Below are positions 1 to 8,238 of a stretch of DNA of 20,000 bases, in pieces. The stretch lies in assembly GCA_964455675.1 (NCBI GenBank), contig CAYVYK010000011.1, positions 47,222 to 67,221 of the forward strand, read 5' to 3'. Position 1 is the first letter of the stretch. Every line of letters starts with the position of its first letter. The notes beneath the pieces are model-generated. The model worked only from the letters and a program-made list of their open reading frames with translations. It searched no databases and was not told the DNA's origin. This DNA is from an uncultured Methanosarcinales archaeon (lineage in GTDB: Archaea; Nanobdellota; Nanobdellia; Woesearchaeales; CAYVYK01). A program made the position numbers and the translations under genes.

Positions 1-402
1 TTCGTCAATCATTCCCCTCAGAAGAGACTTTGCACGCTCAACGACGAACTGGCGCTTCGAAATGCGAACGTCCTCAATATTGTCGACGTGAATCTTTGCA
101 TTGCAGGGGCCAATACGCTGAATGACTTCTAAAGCAGCGCCTATGATTGCGGTTTCTGCTTTGTCAAGAGAAGAGGGAATGATAATCTTCCCGGCAGTCT
201 TTCCTCCCTTCGTCTCGGTGTTAACCTCGATTCTACCAATGCGACCCGAGCGCTGTAGCTCGCGCAGTTCCAGATCGGAACCTAGCAACCCCTCGGTCTG
301 GCCGAAGATAGCACCGATGACATCGGGCCGATCGACAACGCCCTCAATCTCAATGTTTGCGTGAACAATGTACTTACTGGTGACTGGACTAATTTTTCCC
401 AT
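1..402 (-). CDS. dnaG: Archaeal DnaG-type primase / exosome-associated Toprim protein, N-terminal part (runs off window)
   Basis: Own translation from ATG at 402: [60 protein letters not shown]...[24 protein letters not shown], the conserved archaeal DnaG N-terminus. GGAGG RBS just upstream. Missing from the ORF track because it is open at the window edge. Confidence 0.93.
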   Translation of the reverse strand, partial: MGKISPVTSKYIVHANIEIEGVVDRPDVIGAIFGQTEGLLGSDLELRELQRSGRIGRIEVNTETKGGKTAGKIIIPSSLDKAETAIIGAALEVIQRIGPCNAKIHVDNIEDVRISKRQFVVERAKSLLRGMIDE

Positions 403-1330
403 AGGGATCTCCTCCACGCAAGCCCAAAGAACGAACTGATCAGTATTACGGATCGCGGGGCCAAACGAGTTTGAAACAAGGCCGTTTTGATCGTTACGCG
501 TTGCAGTGAGCTTGATTTGTGGCTTTACAGACAGAACAAGTGTTTTTTCACTCAAACAACTCATTTATGGGACTTTTATTGGATAACAACCATGAATGAT
601 GATATTGACGTGAATGAACATTGAACACCGGTCCTTCCGAAGCCTGTATGATTATGAAAGGTAATGGTGCCCGTTCCACTAACGGTAAGGCTCACGGCAC
701 GAAATGCTCGTACGCTCCCCTTCCCAACTCTCGTGACGGGCTGATCCGCGCAAGAGTGTCTCAAAATCACCGCCAAAACGTCGTTTCAGCTCAATTAAGG
801 ACCCATTTGCACAGTGCGTAATACGATATTTGGGGGTCAAGATCAGCATATAAACATTTGGGTGACCGAGGGGAAATCTAAAAAAATCCCAATGGCGTAC
901 CCACCGACGAAATCAGACCGTTTCAGCGCAGATATGAAGTCTGTGCCATTGTAGCTTGATGGCAGGACCTGTTCACAAAAGATCCTTCAAAATCCAGGAT
1001 TATCATAACGAGTCTTCGGCACACCCTTTTACTTCATTTGGGTTCGCGCGAACCACCACTCCGCAAAACACTAAGCATACATGGTACGCTTGTGCCCAAG
1101 CGAATTATGTTCACTTTGGACGCTGGCGAAAACAAAAACGGCCTGACGGCACGCCCTGTCCGCTCTGTACAACGATCGATGGACAGGGCAACTTCCATTG
1201 TAAAAATCGGGAAAAATTGCCATGCAATGATTTTTTTGTCTCAGTCATTTCCTTTCGGGGACGATAGTAGACTTAAGGCATGCTCCATTTAGGGTTTATA
1301 TATGACAAAGAGGTGACAGGAGGTAAAAAT

Positions 1331-1618
1331 ATGCCAGATGAAGCAATGGAAGAGTTCTTCCCGAAAGGACAACGACCAGATGGTAAATTCAGCATTGACG
1401 AAGCAGTGCGAGAAGCAGAAGCGGTAGGACAGCTAGCGGTACATAACCCACTTGCAGCGCTGTACGTAGTCGAAAAGCTCCCTGGAAGCCCCGAGACTAA
1501 AAGGCCACTGTACGCATTGGTACAGTACGGAATGCAGATGAGACACACCAGACCAGATGTTGTCGATCAAGTCATCGGGTACTGCGGTGATCGCTGCGGA
1601 TACGGGAAAGCTGCTTAG
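1331..1618 (+). CDS. Hypothetical protein (95 aa)
   Basis: AGGAGGT RBS before ATG at 1331 and TTTATATA box at ~1296. No recognisable family. Confidence 0.7.
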   Translation: MPDEAMEEFFPKGQRPDGKFSIDEAVREAEAVGQLAVHNPLAALYVVEKLPGSPETKRPLYALVQYGMQMRHTRPDVVDQVIGYCGDRCGYGKAA

Positions 1619-1655
1619 CGACAGAATATCGGCCGGCTCATGCAGCCGGCCCATT

Positions 1656-2279
1656 CTATACCCCAAGCAATCCTTTCGCCAATCCTTCCAATACCCAGAA
1701 GCCGTCAAACGGAGGTATTGGCAACATATTGAATATGAACAAGAATCCATTAATGCGACCTGCGATAGCGAGCGGGAGATTATACTTTCTCGGGAACCAC
1801 TGATATTTCAACCCTAGACGAGCGACAATCCATAACAGCCCATTGATTGCAGGACCAGAAAACGCGATGATTGCTGAGGGAAGGGGACCTGTCGACGTAT
1901 GCTGAACAAAACCAGGAACAAAAAGCAGAACTGGAAAATTAAAAAAACTCAGGATGACCGCACCGATCAGCAAGATACAAGAGAAATTGAACAAAGGAAC
2001 ATTTCCCAGAATAGCCTGAGACGAACACCCCGCGAAAAATATCGCGTGAGCCCCAAACGCTATAGCAACAAACTTATGTCCAAGTTCGTGCAGAACAATA
2101 CCCGGAGCCACAACGGCAGCGGCAAACCAGAACGCCTTCCAGCGATCACTCTTCTTCTTCAAGTAATAATCCACTGGATCAACAGAACGGGCTGGGCGGA
2201 AAATTCGCATGAAAATGTATCCAAGCGCAGCAGTCATGATGAGGATATCAACGATCTCAAAAAGATTGATGAATGCCAT
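1656..2279 (-). CDS. Site-2 protease (peptidase M50 family) membrane metalloprotease, archaeal type
   Basis: HELGH zinc motif, SGPAIN segment, NMLPIPPFDG motif and several TM helices. Start taken at MAFINL (2279). Confidence 0.92.
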   Translation of the reverse strand: MAFINLFEIVDILIMTAALGYIFMRIFRPARSVDPVDYYLKKKSDRWKAFWFAAAVVAPGIVLHELGHKFVAIAFGAHAIFFAGCSSQAILGNVPLFNFSCILLIGAVILSFFNFPVLLFVPGFVQHTSTGPLPSAIIAFSGPAINGLLWIVARLGLKYQWFPRKYNLPLAIAGRINGFLFIFNMLPIPPFDGFWVLEGLAKGLLGV

Positions 2280-2349
2280 ATATAGGAAAAAACATGGAGG
2301 GTTTTTATTATTTTGGTTTACGATAGAGCGAGAAGCAGGACGCTTCACA

Positions 2350-2368
2350 AGCAAAACTCTTATAAATC
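2350..2368 (+). promoter_or_regulatory. Archaeal BRE/TATA promoter of the 2389 gene, in a divergent intergenic region
   Basis: gcaaaactcTTATAAAt about 25 nt upstream of the ATG at 2389. Confidence 0.55.
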
Positions 2369-2388
2369 ACACACACTTGAAATGAGGC

Positions 2389-3372
2389 ATGAGCACTCCC
2401 ATCCAGCATTACATCAAAAAACTCAAAGATTCTGGATACAGCGACCAAGTAATCCTTGATGAGTTCAAGAATAAGGGGTATGAAGAACACATCATCAAAG
2501 AGGAACTCAAGAATTACCATCACACGCTGAAAGAAAAGGAACCACCAACCACAGCAGAAAGGTATATTGCCATGGTCGGAGCAGGATGCGTCGTGCTTTT
2601 CATGATCTGGGTGATGAGCAGAACACAATCATCACCGTTTTGGATTCTTGTCGGATTCCTCCCAAGCCTCTGCGTCGTTGTGCTTACCCTTGTGCTGATC
2701 GAGCAGATGCCACGAAAACACAAAGCGTACCTGTGGGTGCTGCCACTCCTGACATCAGCAATCTACTACACGCTTGGAATGTCCACGCTCGAATTGGATG
2801 ACCGGATGGACCTTGGCGGAGTTACCATGCTCAACTTCATCGTGGGCATGCTCTACATATTTCTCATCAATTTCCTCATGCACCGACCTTTCGAACTGCC
2901 AGCAGCAAAGCCTACAATCAGGCGAGCAGAACCACAAAAAAAACAAAAAATTGAGGAGAGCATCCAGGCCCTCGAAGACAAACTTAAAGCCATCAACTTT
3001 GCAATCGGAAGAGTGTACCGGCGGACAAACGGAGGGACGCTTGAGATCAGGAACAAGATCAAAATACCTGCAGAAGTCTACAACTTCTTCAGCCAGATAA
3101 CAGCTGAGCACGCGCAAGCGCATCCAGCACAAGTAAAACAAATCCTTCTGGACCTGCAGCAAAAACTCAAGGCGCTCGAAAAAACCGAAAAAGAACTTTT
3201 CGGAGAAGGCATCTCAACACTCAAGAACCTCAAGAGACATTGGGATGGGAGCAACCGAGTCCTTGACGTCCTCGCATGGAATGACGACGATCCAGTCAAC
3301 AGCTACTACACAAGCGCAGAACAATTCTGCAAGGAAGCAATTGAGGAACTTGACAAGATCGCCAAGAAGTAA
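2389..3372 (+). CDS. Hypothetical membrane protein (N-terminal small helical domain, ~4 TM helices, C-terminal helical domain)
   Basis: 327-aa ORF. The YIKKLKDSGYSDQVILDEFKNKGY N-terminus is a style common in DPANN proteins. Four hydrophobic segments. Confidence 0.85.
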   Translation: MSTPIQHYIKKLKDSGYSDQVILDEFKNKGYEEHIIKEELKNYHHTLKEKEPPTTAERYIAMVGAGCVVLFMIWVMSRTQSSPFWILVGFLPSLCVVVLTLVLIEQMPRKHKAYLWVLPLLTSAIYYTLGMSTLELDDRMDLGGVTMLNFIVGMLYIFLINFLMHRPFELPAAKPTIRRAEPQKKQKIEESIQALEDKLKAINFAIGRVYRRTNGGTLEIRNKIKIPAEVYNFFSQITAEHAQAHPAQVKQILLDLQQKLKALEKTEKELFGEGISTLKNLKRHWDGSNRVLDVLAWNDDDPVNSYYTSAEQFCKEAIEELDKIAKK

Positions 3373-3426
3373 TACTTGTTCTTTTTTATACAAAACCATA
3401 TAAAATAAAGATGACTCTATACTGAC

Positions 3427-3783
3427 ATGACAGTCTTCGTCGCAACTCTTGGGAGTGATACCGGAACACGCAAGCACGTCCAGCGTATCATCGAAGAAGG
3501 AGAATGGGACAAGAGCGTTCTCATCACGACAAAGGATGCCCAGACAGGATTCACCTGTGCCAAAGACATAACGTGGGTCATCGTGGATACAGAACTCTTT
3601 CTAACACCACTTAAGGAACACATAAAGAAGGCCATAACAGGGAGCATTGGATTTGGAGATGTAGCAGTAAATTTTGTATCGGGCGGCGGAAAAATCCATA
3701 TGGCTACACTTGGTGCACTTCTGGAACTCGGAGCAGGCATACGACTTATCGCGCTCACGCCGGAAGGCGTACGAGAGATCTAA
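3427..3783 (+). CDS. Stand-alone CARF/Csa3-like Rossmann-fold protein
   Basis: N-terminal VFVATLGSD and VAVNFVSGGGKIHMA resemble the two CARF motifs (xTLG.. and D/NxS/TGGxK). 118 aa with no effector domain. TATAAA box at ~3399. Confidence 0.6.
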   Translation: MTVFVATLGSDTGTRKHVQRIIEEGEWDKSVLITTKDAQTGFTCAKDITWVIVDTELFLTPLKEHIKKAITGSIGFGDVAVNFVSGGGKIHMATLGALLELGAGIRLIALTPEGVREI

Positions 3784-3798
3784 AAAAAAAGAAAAAAA
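3782..3798 (-). terminator. T-tract archaeal terminator between the convergent radA and CARF-like genes
   Basis: aaaaaaaaagaaaaaaa on +, which is poly-T on the radA strand. Confidence 0.45.
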
Positions 3799-3851
3799 TC
3801 CCCGGGGCGACGGGGAGAGGTGCGAGGATTACAGAACAGTAGCAGACATCA

Positions 3852-3885
3852 TTACAGCACGTCTTTAATGCCACCAAGCTCAACC
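3852..3885 (-). repeat. Second, recoded copy of the radA 3' end (VELGGIKDVL*)
   Basis: Direct repeat of 3973-4006. The copy reads GTT GAG CTT GGT GGC ATT AAA GAC GTG CTG TAA; the gene reads GTT GAG CTT GGT GGC ATT AAG GAT GTG TTA TGA. Confidence 0.9.
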
Positions 3886-3971
3886 CAAACTTTTCCTACG
3901 CTTGGGTACCTCCCTACGGTCGGTACCACCGCTCCGAAAAGTTTGATCAAAAAAAAAGCGCCTAACGGCGC
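3886..3971. repeat. Nested inverted repeats (REP/MITE-like palindromic element)
   Basis: caaacttttc (3886-3895) pairs with gaaaagtttg (3936-3945) and encloses two ggtacc palindromes (3905-3910, 3922-3927). An A-run and the hairpin gcgcc-taac-ggcgc (3958-3971) follow. Confidence 0.7.
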
Positions 3972-3972
3972 A

Positions 3973-5019
3973 TCATAACACATCCTTAATGCCACCAAGC
4001 TCAACCTGGAAGGGCGCTTCACCTTCTGCAAGATTAGGGCTGTCGACAAGTTTGGCAACACGAGAACCCTTCTTGCCTTTCCGCAGGTAGATACGGAATG
4101 TCGATGCATGGCCAACGATGTGACCACCAATCGGCGCGGTTGGATCACCAAAGAACTGGTCGGGTTTGGACATGACCTGATTCGTCACATACACACAAAG
4201 ATTATGCATGTCCGCGACCTTCAGCAGCACGTGCATGTGACGATTGAGCTTTTGCTGGCGATCAGCAAGAGTCCCGCGGCCAATATACTCCGCACGGAAG
4301 TGCGCAGAGAGCGAATCAACGACGACAAGCTTCACGTTCAGATGTTCCTTAGATATAAGGTCATCAATCCGTTCAGCAAGCAGCATCTGATGATCTGAAT
4401 TATATGCTCGTGCAACCTTGATGTTTGCAAGTATCTTCGTTGGATCAAGGCCTGCGCCTTCCGCAAATTGCTTAATACGCTCAGGACGGAAGGTATTTTC
4501 CGTATCGATGTACACTGCGATAGCGGTTGGATCATCAATCTGAGTACGCACGCACAAAAGATGACCTATCTGCGTCTTTCCTGAACCATACTCACCAAAG
4601 CATTCAGTGATGGCACCAGTCTCAAAACCACCACCAAGCAGATCATCGAACGCTTTCGCTCCGGTCGTTATCTTGAACACACGCTCACGGCGCGCGAGCA
4701 GATCCATCCCGGATTCAAAACCCATATCAAGATTAGCGCGCGCAGCGGCAATGATGCGCTTTGCAACCGCATCACCCATACCGGCTGCATCAATCAGTTC
4801 GCCTGGCGTTGCGACAGCGATGGACATCAGAGTGTTGAAGCCAACCTCACGCAACTTTGCAGCAGTTGCCGCACCAACACCCGGAAGCTCTTCGATTGAT
4901 AATTCCCGCCGGTCAATAGGCTTTTCAGATTTTTCTGGCGCTGCCATCTCCACCACAACCTGCTGTTCCTCTTCCATCATGAGTTCCTGCTCCTGCATAT
5001 ATTTATTTGGTTTCTTCAT
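3973..5019 (-). CDS. radA: DNA repair and recombination protein RadA
   Basis: N-terminal HhH (IEELPGVGAATAAKL), Walker A GEYGSGKT, YIDTENTFRPER, VVVDSLSAHFRAEY, TNQV and PIGGHIVGHAST motifs. AGGTGA RBS. Confidence 0.97.
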   Translation of the reverse strand: MKKPNKYMQEQELMMEEEQQVVVEMAAPEKSEKPIDRRELSIEELPGVGAATAAKLREVGFNTLMSIAVATPGELIDAAGMGDAVAKRIIAAARANLDMGFESGMDLLARRERVFKITTGAKAFDDLLGGGFETGAITECFGEYGSGKTQIGHLLCVRTQIDDPTAIAVYIDTENTFRPERIKQFAEGAGLDPTKILANIKVARAYNSDHQMLLAERIDDLISKEHLNVKLVVVDSLSAHFRAEYIGRGTLADRQQKLNRHMHVLLKVADMHNLCVYVTNQVMSKPDQFFGDPTAPIGGHIVGHASTFRIYLRKGKKGSRVAKLVDSPNLAEGEAPFQVELGGIKDVL

Positions 5020-5035
5020 CGTTTCACCTGGGTTA

Positions 5036-5308
5036 TTATAACACCGCTTCCTCGGTTACGGAAGGGTCGGCATCTTGTCCACGTAGGACAAGATACTCGT
5101 ACGCCTTCTGAAGGACGAGGGACGCCTTTGGCAAATCATTCACCCGCAAGGAATTGGCAGTCTGCCATGTACCTTTTGGATCCATATAGCGGCGCTGGAG
5201 AGAAATGGTTCGGTACTCGGCAGCCTTGCCATCCCTCGATGTGCCCTGATTTTTCCACACGGTTGCGGACACAGCTCCCGTGGTAAACTTCTTTTCTGGT
5301 GCTTGCAT
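5036..5308 (-). CDS. Small conserved hypothetical protein, putative PC4/whirly-like ssDNA-binding protein, co-transcribed with radA
   Basis: PEKKFTTGAVSATVWKN...YRTISLQRRYMDPKGTWQTANSLRVNDLPKA: beta-rich with aromatic and basic residues, a C-terminal helix and an acidic tail. GAGGTGA RBS before ATG 5308. The function is inferred. Confidence 0.7.
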   Translation of the reverse strand: MQAPEKKFTTGAVSATVWKNQGTSRDGKAAEYRTISLQRRYMDPKGTWQTANSLRVNDLPKASLVLQKAYEYLVLRGQDADPSVTEEAVL

Positions 5309-5404
5309 AACAATCACCTCATTGCTTTTCGCATTTTGTTTCATATCTCCCGTCGGATATCTCTTCACCGGAGATTGAGGATAGCTACTACACAGATGGG
5401 ATTT

Positions 5405-5423
5405 CCTTAAATAGGTCATTTTA
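5405..5423 (-). promoter_or_regulatory. Archaeal BRE/TATA promoter for the ssDNA-binding-like gene and radA
   Basis: Minus strand reads aaaatgaccTATTTAAGg. Confidence 0.5.
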
Positions 5424-5665
5424 GCGGTTGGCCAGTGGCTCGTGCTTATTTTCTATATAGTAAATATTATACAAAAAAATAATGACCGTGTGCGCGAAGG
5501 GTTCGCAATCATCCCTCACGCGGACAAACAGCGTCTCTCAGCGACATGTTAATCGCCACGCGACAAAGAAACATCGCAGCACACTTCACCCCGCGGTGAA
5601 CTGTACTATTGGAGATGAGAGACACTACAAAGTCAGAAAGTAGATGTGACCCAACCTACCGGGAT

Positions 5666-5797
5666 TTACACATTCCGTCGCCTCAACCGAAGAAGAAGGC
5701 AGATGAGAATGGCCAGCCCGATGGGTACAACGATGTAGTGAAGCCAATCCACCCATGTGGGTGTTGAAAGGGCTTTCCAAAAACTCTCCCAGTTCAT
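5666..5797 (-). CDS. 43-aa single-TM membrane protein directly downstream of a Cys-rich secreted protein (candidate immunity/accessory peptide)
   Basis: Own translation: MNWESFWKALSTPTWVDWLHYIVVPIGLAILICLLLRLRRRNV*. AAGGAG RBS; TM helix with a positive-inside tail. Below the ORF-track length cutoff. Confidence 0.75.
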   Translation of the reverse strand: MNWESFWKALSTPTWVDWLHYIVVPIGLAILICLLLRLRRRNV

Positions 5798-5856
5798 ATC
5801 ACACTCCTTAGTTTTCGAGGATCCAGACTTGACTCTTCGGATTTCAGTTATCGGGC

Positions 5857-6819
5857 TTAAGGAACTGGATTACCCTGCTGCGGATCACCCTGAACAGGCT
5901 TTACGCTGCAGTGTTTCTTGTAGCAATCGTCCTTGCACCAGTCATACTGCAATCCCGCGGCAGTCTTGTCGTGATCGTAATTGTTCGCACAGATTGAGAG
6001 GCCAGTGTACAAGCAGGCAAGCAGGACGCAACCACACACTGCAAGACCAAGCCAGAGCCCGCCACCACCACGCTTCAGGAGGCTTGCGAGACAGGCGACA
6101 ACACCAGCAACACCGCAGGTCAGCATGCAGTTCTCAACACAGCCCTGCAAGCGGTTTCCGGCAAGCGTCATTGCGCGGTTGTACTGGTCCTTGCAATCAT
6201 CGACGCATTCAGTGTATGCGGCAAGGTCACGGCAGTACATTTGAGCGTTCGTGCCTGCTTTCTCAACCAAATTCATCGCCAGGGGAACAAAGGAACGCTC
6301 ACGCTCGGGAGGGCTAGCCTGCCAGACATCCATGCAGAAAGTGACGCCGGAGACCAAACAATACACATCACCGAGATCCACCTTCAAGACAGCAGAACCA
6401 ACCTCCGTCTGAAGATCGATGATGTCCAGCTGCTGATCGGCCGGAAGATCCATCCAACTGATGTCCTCAGCAAAGGACTCAACAACCGCTTCGAACGAGG
6501 CAGACGGATCAGTCACGCGAGACATGATGAGCACATAAGCTTCATCAAAGTCCGCATCCGCGTTCAAAACAATGTCCTCGCGGGCATTGTATTCCTCAAA
6601 TCCCACGAAGCCCCGCTCCGAGAGCAGACGGAAGAATTCCTCCTGGAACTGGACGAGCTCGGGAGGAAACGCAATGACGGGATCGCCTGCGTCCTCCACA
6701 ACTCCCATGGGAATTCTCGCCGGAGGATCGCCGAACAAGGGCTGCATGCTGAATGGCATGAGCAAAAGAACCAGGAAAATCCCTTTCCACAACCGATACG
6801 TCATGAGAGAATTTGACAT
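5857..6819 (-). CDS. Secreted protein with acidic N-terminal region and Cys-rich hydrophobic-hairpin C-terminal domain (halocin C8/bacteriocin-like)
   Basis: GAAGGAG RBS before MSNSLM, signal-peptide-like N-terminus, and 14 Cys in the last ~130 aa flanking GVAGVVACLASLLKRGGGGLWLGLAVCGCVLLAC. Confidence 0.7.
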   Translation of the reverse strand: MSNSLMTYRLWKGIFLVLLLMPFSMQPLFGDPPARIPMGVVEDAGDPVIAFPPELVQFQEEFFRLLSERGFVGFEEYNAREDIVLNADADFDEAYVLIMSRVTDPSASFEAVVESFAEDISWMDLPADQQLDIIDLQTEVGSAVLKVDLGDVYCLVSGVTFCMDVWQASPPERERSFVPLAMNLVEKAGTNAQMYCRDLAAYTECVDDCKDQYNRAMTLAGNRLQGCVENCMLTCGVAGVVACLASLLKRGGGGLWLGLAVCGCVLLACLYTGLSICANNYDHDKTAAGLQYDWCKDDCYKKHCSVKPVQGDPQQGNPVP

Positions 6820-6927
6820 GACTACTACTCCTTCTCGAAATGGGCACACGTGCCCGAACACACATCTACCGACGGCATTTCCACACCATGCGGAAAACAA
6901 AAACCGCTCGGCAGTTCCTTCCCATCC

Positions 6928-6964
6928 AAAAAGGGAAGCCGATCATGTGACTGATCGGCTTCCC
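6928..6964 (-). terminator. Intrinsic terminator
   Basis: Perfect 13-bp stem gggaagccgatca/tgatcggcttccc followed by TTTTT on the minus strand. Confidence 0.85.
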
Positions 6965-6992
6965 ATGCTACACACTCAGTCATTCCTCCAAT

Positions 6993-7403
6993 CTAGGAGG
7001 GCGGGAGACGCATCTTGCTCAATTCGCCTGCGCCCTGCAGAATGATGTGGTTGAAGGCCGCTTGCGCGATCTGCAGACAGGTCACCTCCCAGAGCCGGTT
7101 CTTCACCATGAGGGAGACGAAGTCGACCTGAGCTGAGAGGCACAGCTCGACATCGCGGCGGATCGACTTGAGCTCATCGATCAGCTTCACGACATCAGGG
7201 AGAGTGAGGATCGGCTGCGCCTTGTGCTGCTCCATGTACTCGAGGACTTCCCGCATGCCGCCCGTGAATACCTCAAGGCCCGTAACGTCACGACCGTCGA
7301 TGGCCTTGCGTCGATCAGGAGAACGCTTAACGTCACGATTGAGTAGATCTGTGAGCGCCTGGAAGTCCTCGACTTCTTTTTTGAATCCTTCAACGTCCGG
7401 CAT
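6993..7403 (-). CDS. Hypothetical helical protein (136 aa)
   Basis: AAGGAGA RBS, ends just before the terminator, no family recognised. Confidence 0.75.
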   Translation of the reverse strand: MPDVEGFKKEVEDFQALTDLLNRDVKRSPDRRKAIDGRDVTGLEVFTGGMREVLEYMEQHKAQPILTLPDVVKLIDELKSIRRDVELCLSAQVDFVSLMVKNRLWEVTCLQIAQAAFNHIILQGAGELSKMRLPPS

Positions 7404-7514
7404 TGGAGCATCTCCTTTTACTAGTGCCGGCTCGTCCGCGCGCCGCCCACCGAGGGAGGACCGAACGAGAACAATAGAACCACGGTATTATGATAGTTCT
7501 CCGGTGACCGCTGT

Positions 7515-7718
7515 TCACATGCCGATCAGGCGACTGATGAACCGCCAACTCACCCACAGCAGCCCGAGAACCGTTGTCCCGAACAGCAGGATGAGGAAGA
7601 CGAGCACACACCACTGCAGTCCCGTCAAGCGCGGCAGTGGCGCTTCCGAAATCGATTCACACGCCGGACAGAACTCCGCATCTTCCGGCAGTTCCGCACC
7701 ACACTCTTCACATTGCAT
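7515..7718 (-). CDS. Zinc-ribbon membrane protein
   Basis: MQCEECGAELPEDAEFCPACES (CxxC-x10-CxxC) followed by one TM helix. AAGGAG RBS. Confidence 0.8.
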   Translation of the reverse strand: MQCEECGAELPEDAEFCPACESISEAPLPRLTGLQWCVLVFLILLFGTTVLGLLWVSWRFISRLIGM

Positions 7719-7766
7719 GTGGAACTCCTTGTACTACCCGCCAGACCGGAGGGAAGTTGTGGCAGT

Positions 7767-8105
7767 TCAGCTACAGGGTTTCGTGCACTCGACAGAGAGA
7801 TCGAGCAGCACGCCATCGATCCGCAAGAACGGCTTGATGCGCTCGGCGACCACCTGTAGGTCTTCACGATTCTGCGCGAACACAACTCCGTAGCGCGTCG
7901 GCGTGAGCACGCACTTGTCACGAACACGAACACACCTCGTGTCACAGAATGCGAACTCAACACTCTGCTCAAAAGGCAGCCCGTGCAGCGCCGTCAGGAT
8001 GCACTCGAGCAGGGATGTCGCGTCATCGCCCGGAACACCGTTGACGAACGCAAGATGAATCTCGATCAACATTCGACGAATCTCGAACAACATTCGATCG
8101 CCCAT
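7767..8105 (-). CDS. Hypothetical protein (112 aa)
   Basis: GGAG RBS, co-oriented with its neighbours, no family recognised. Confidence 0.6.
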   Translation of the reverse strand: MGDRMLFEIRRMLIEIHLAFVNGVPGDDATSLLECILTALHGLPFEQSVEFAFCDTRCVRVRDKCVLTPTRYGVVFAQNREDLQVVAERIKPFLRIDGVLLDLSVECTKPCS

Positions 8106-8152
8106 ACTTGCTCCTATCCAGTCGTGCGAGACGGCAGGCCAATGAGGTTTTG

Positions 8153-8201
8153 AAAATAAACGGGCCGCCGCACATCAGGTGAATCAGCGCGGCGGCCCGT
8201 T
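8153..8201 (-). terminator. Intrinsic terminator after the GHKL ATPase gene
   Basis: Stem aacgggccgccgc (8159-8171)/gcggcggcccgtt (8189-8201) followed by a T-rich tract on the minus strand. Confidence 0.75.
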
Positions 8202-8238
8202 CAGTAAGACAGACGCAGCCATCGTCATGTACCAATGG

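Noticed and set aside
122..364. 80-aa plus ORF, along with the 282-479 minus ORF
   Set aside because: Both overlap the real dnaG frame
576..1292. Short ORFs 576-776, 621-821, 956-1267 and 1038-1292
   Set aside because: No RBS, mutually overlapping and no recognisable family; the CPLC in 956-1267 alone is insufficient
3829..3852. Mini-ORF MMSATVL* overlapping the stop of the duplicated radA end, as a possible third copy
   Set aside because: Only ~9 nt resemble the repeat, which is compatible with chance
3852..4151. 99-aa minus ORF ending in VELGGIKDVL
   Set aside because: Out-of-frame overlap with radA that reads through the palindromic element. Only its last 11 codons are meaningful, as the radA duplicate. 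No slippery site was identified to support a frameshifted RadA isoform.
3973..5019. Intein in RadA
   Set aside because: Normal length and an uninterrupted P-loop region
7168..7893. 241-aa plus ORF
   Set aside because: Ser/Arg-rich antisense product spanning three better-supported minus-strand genes
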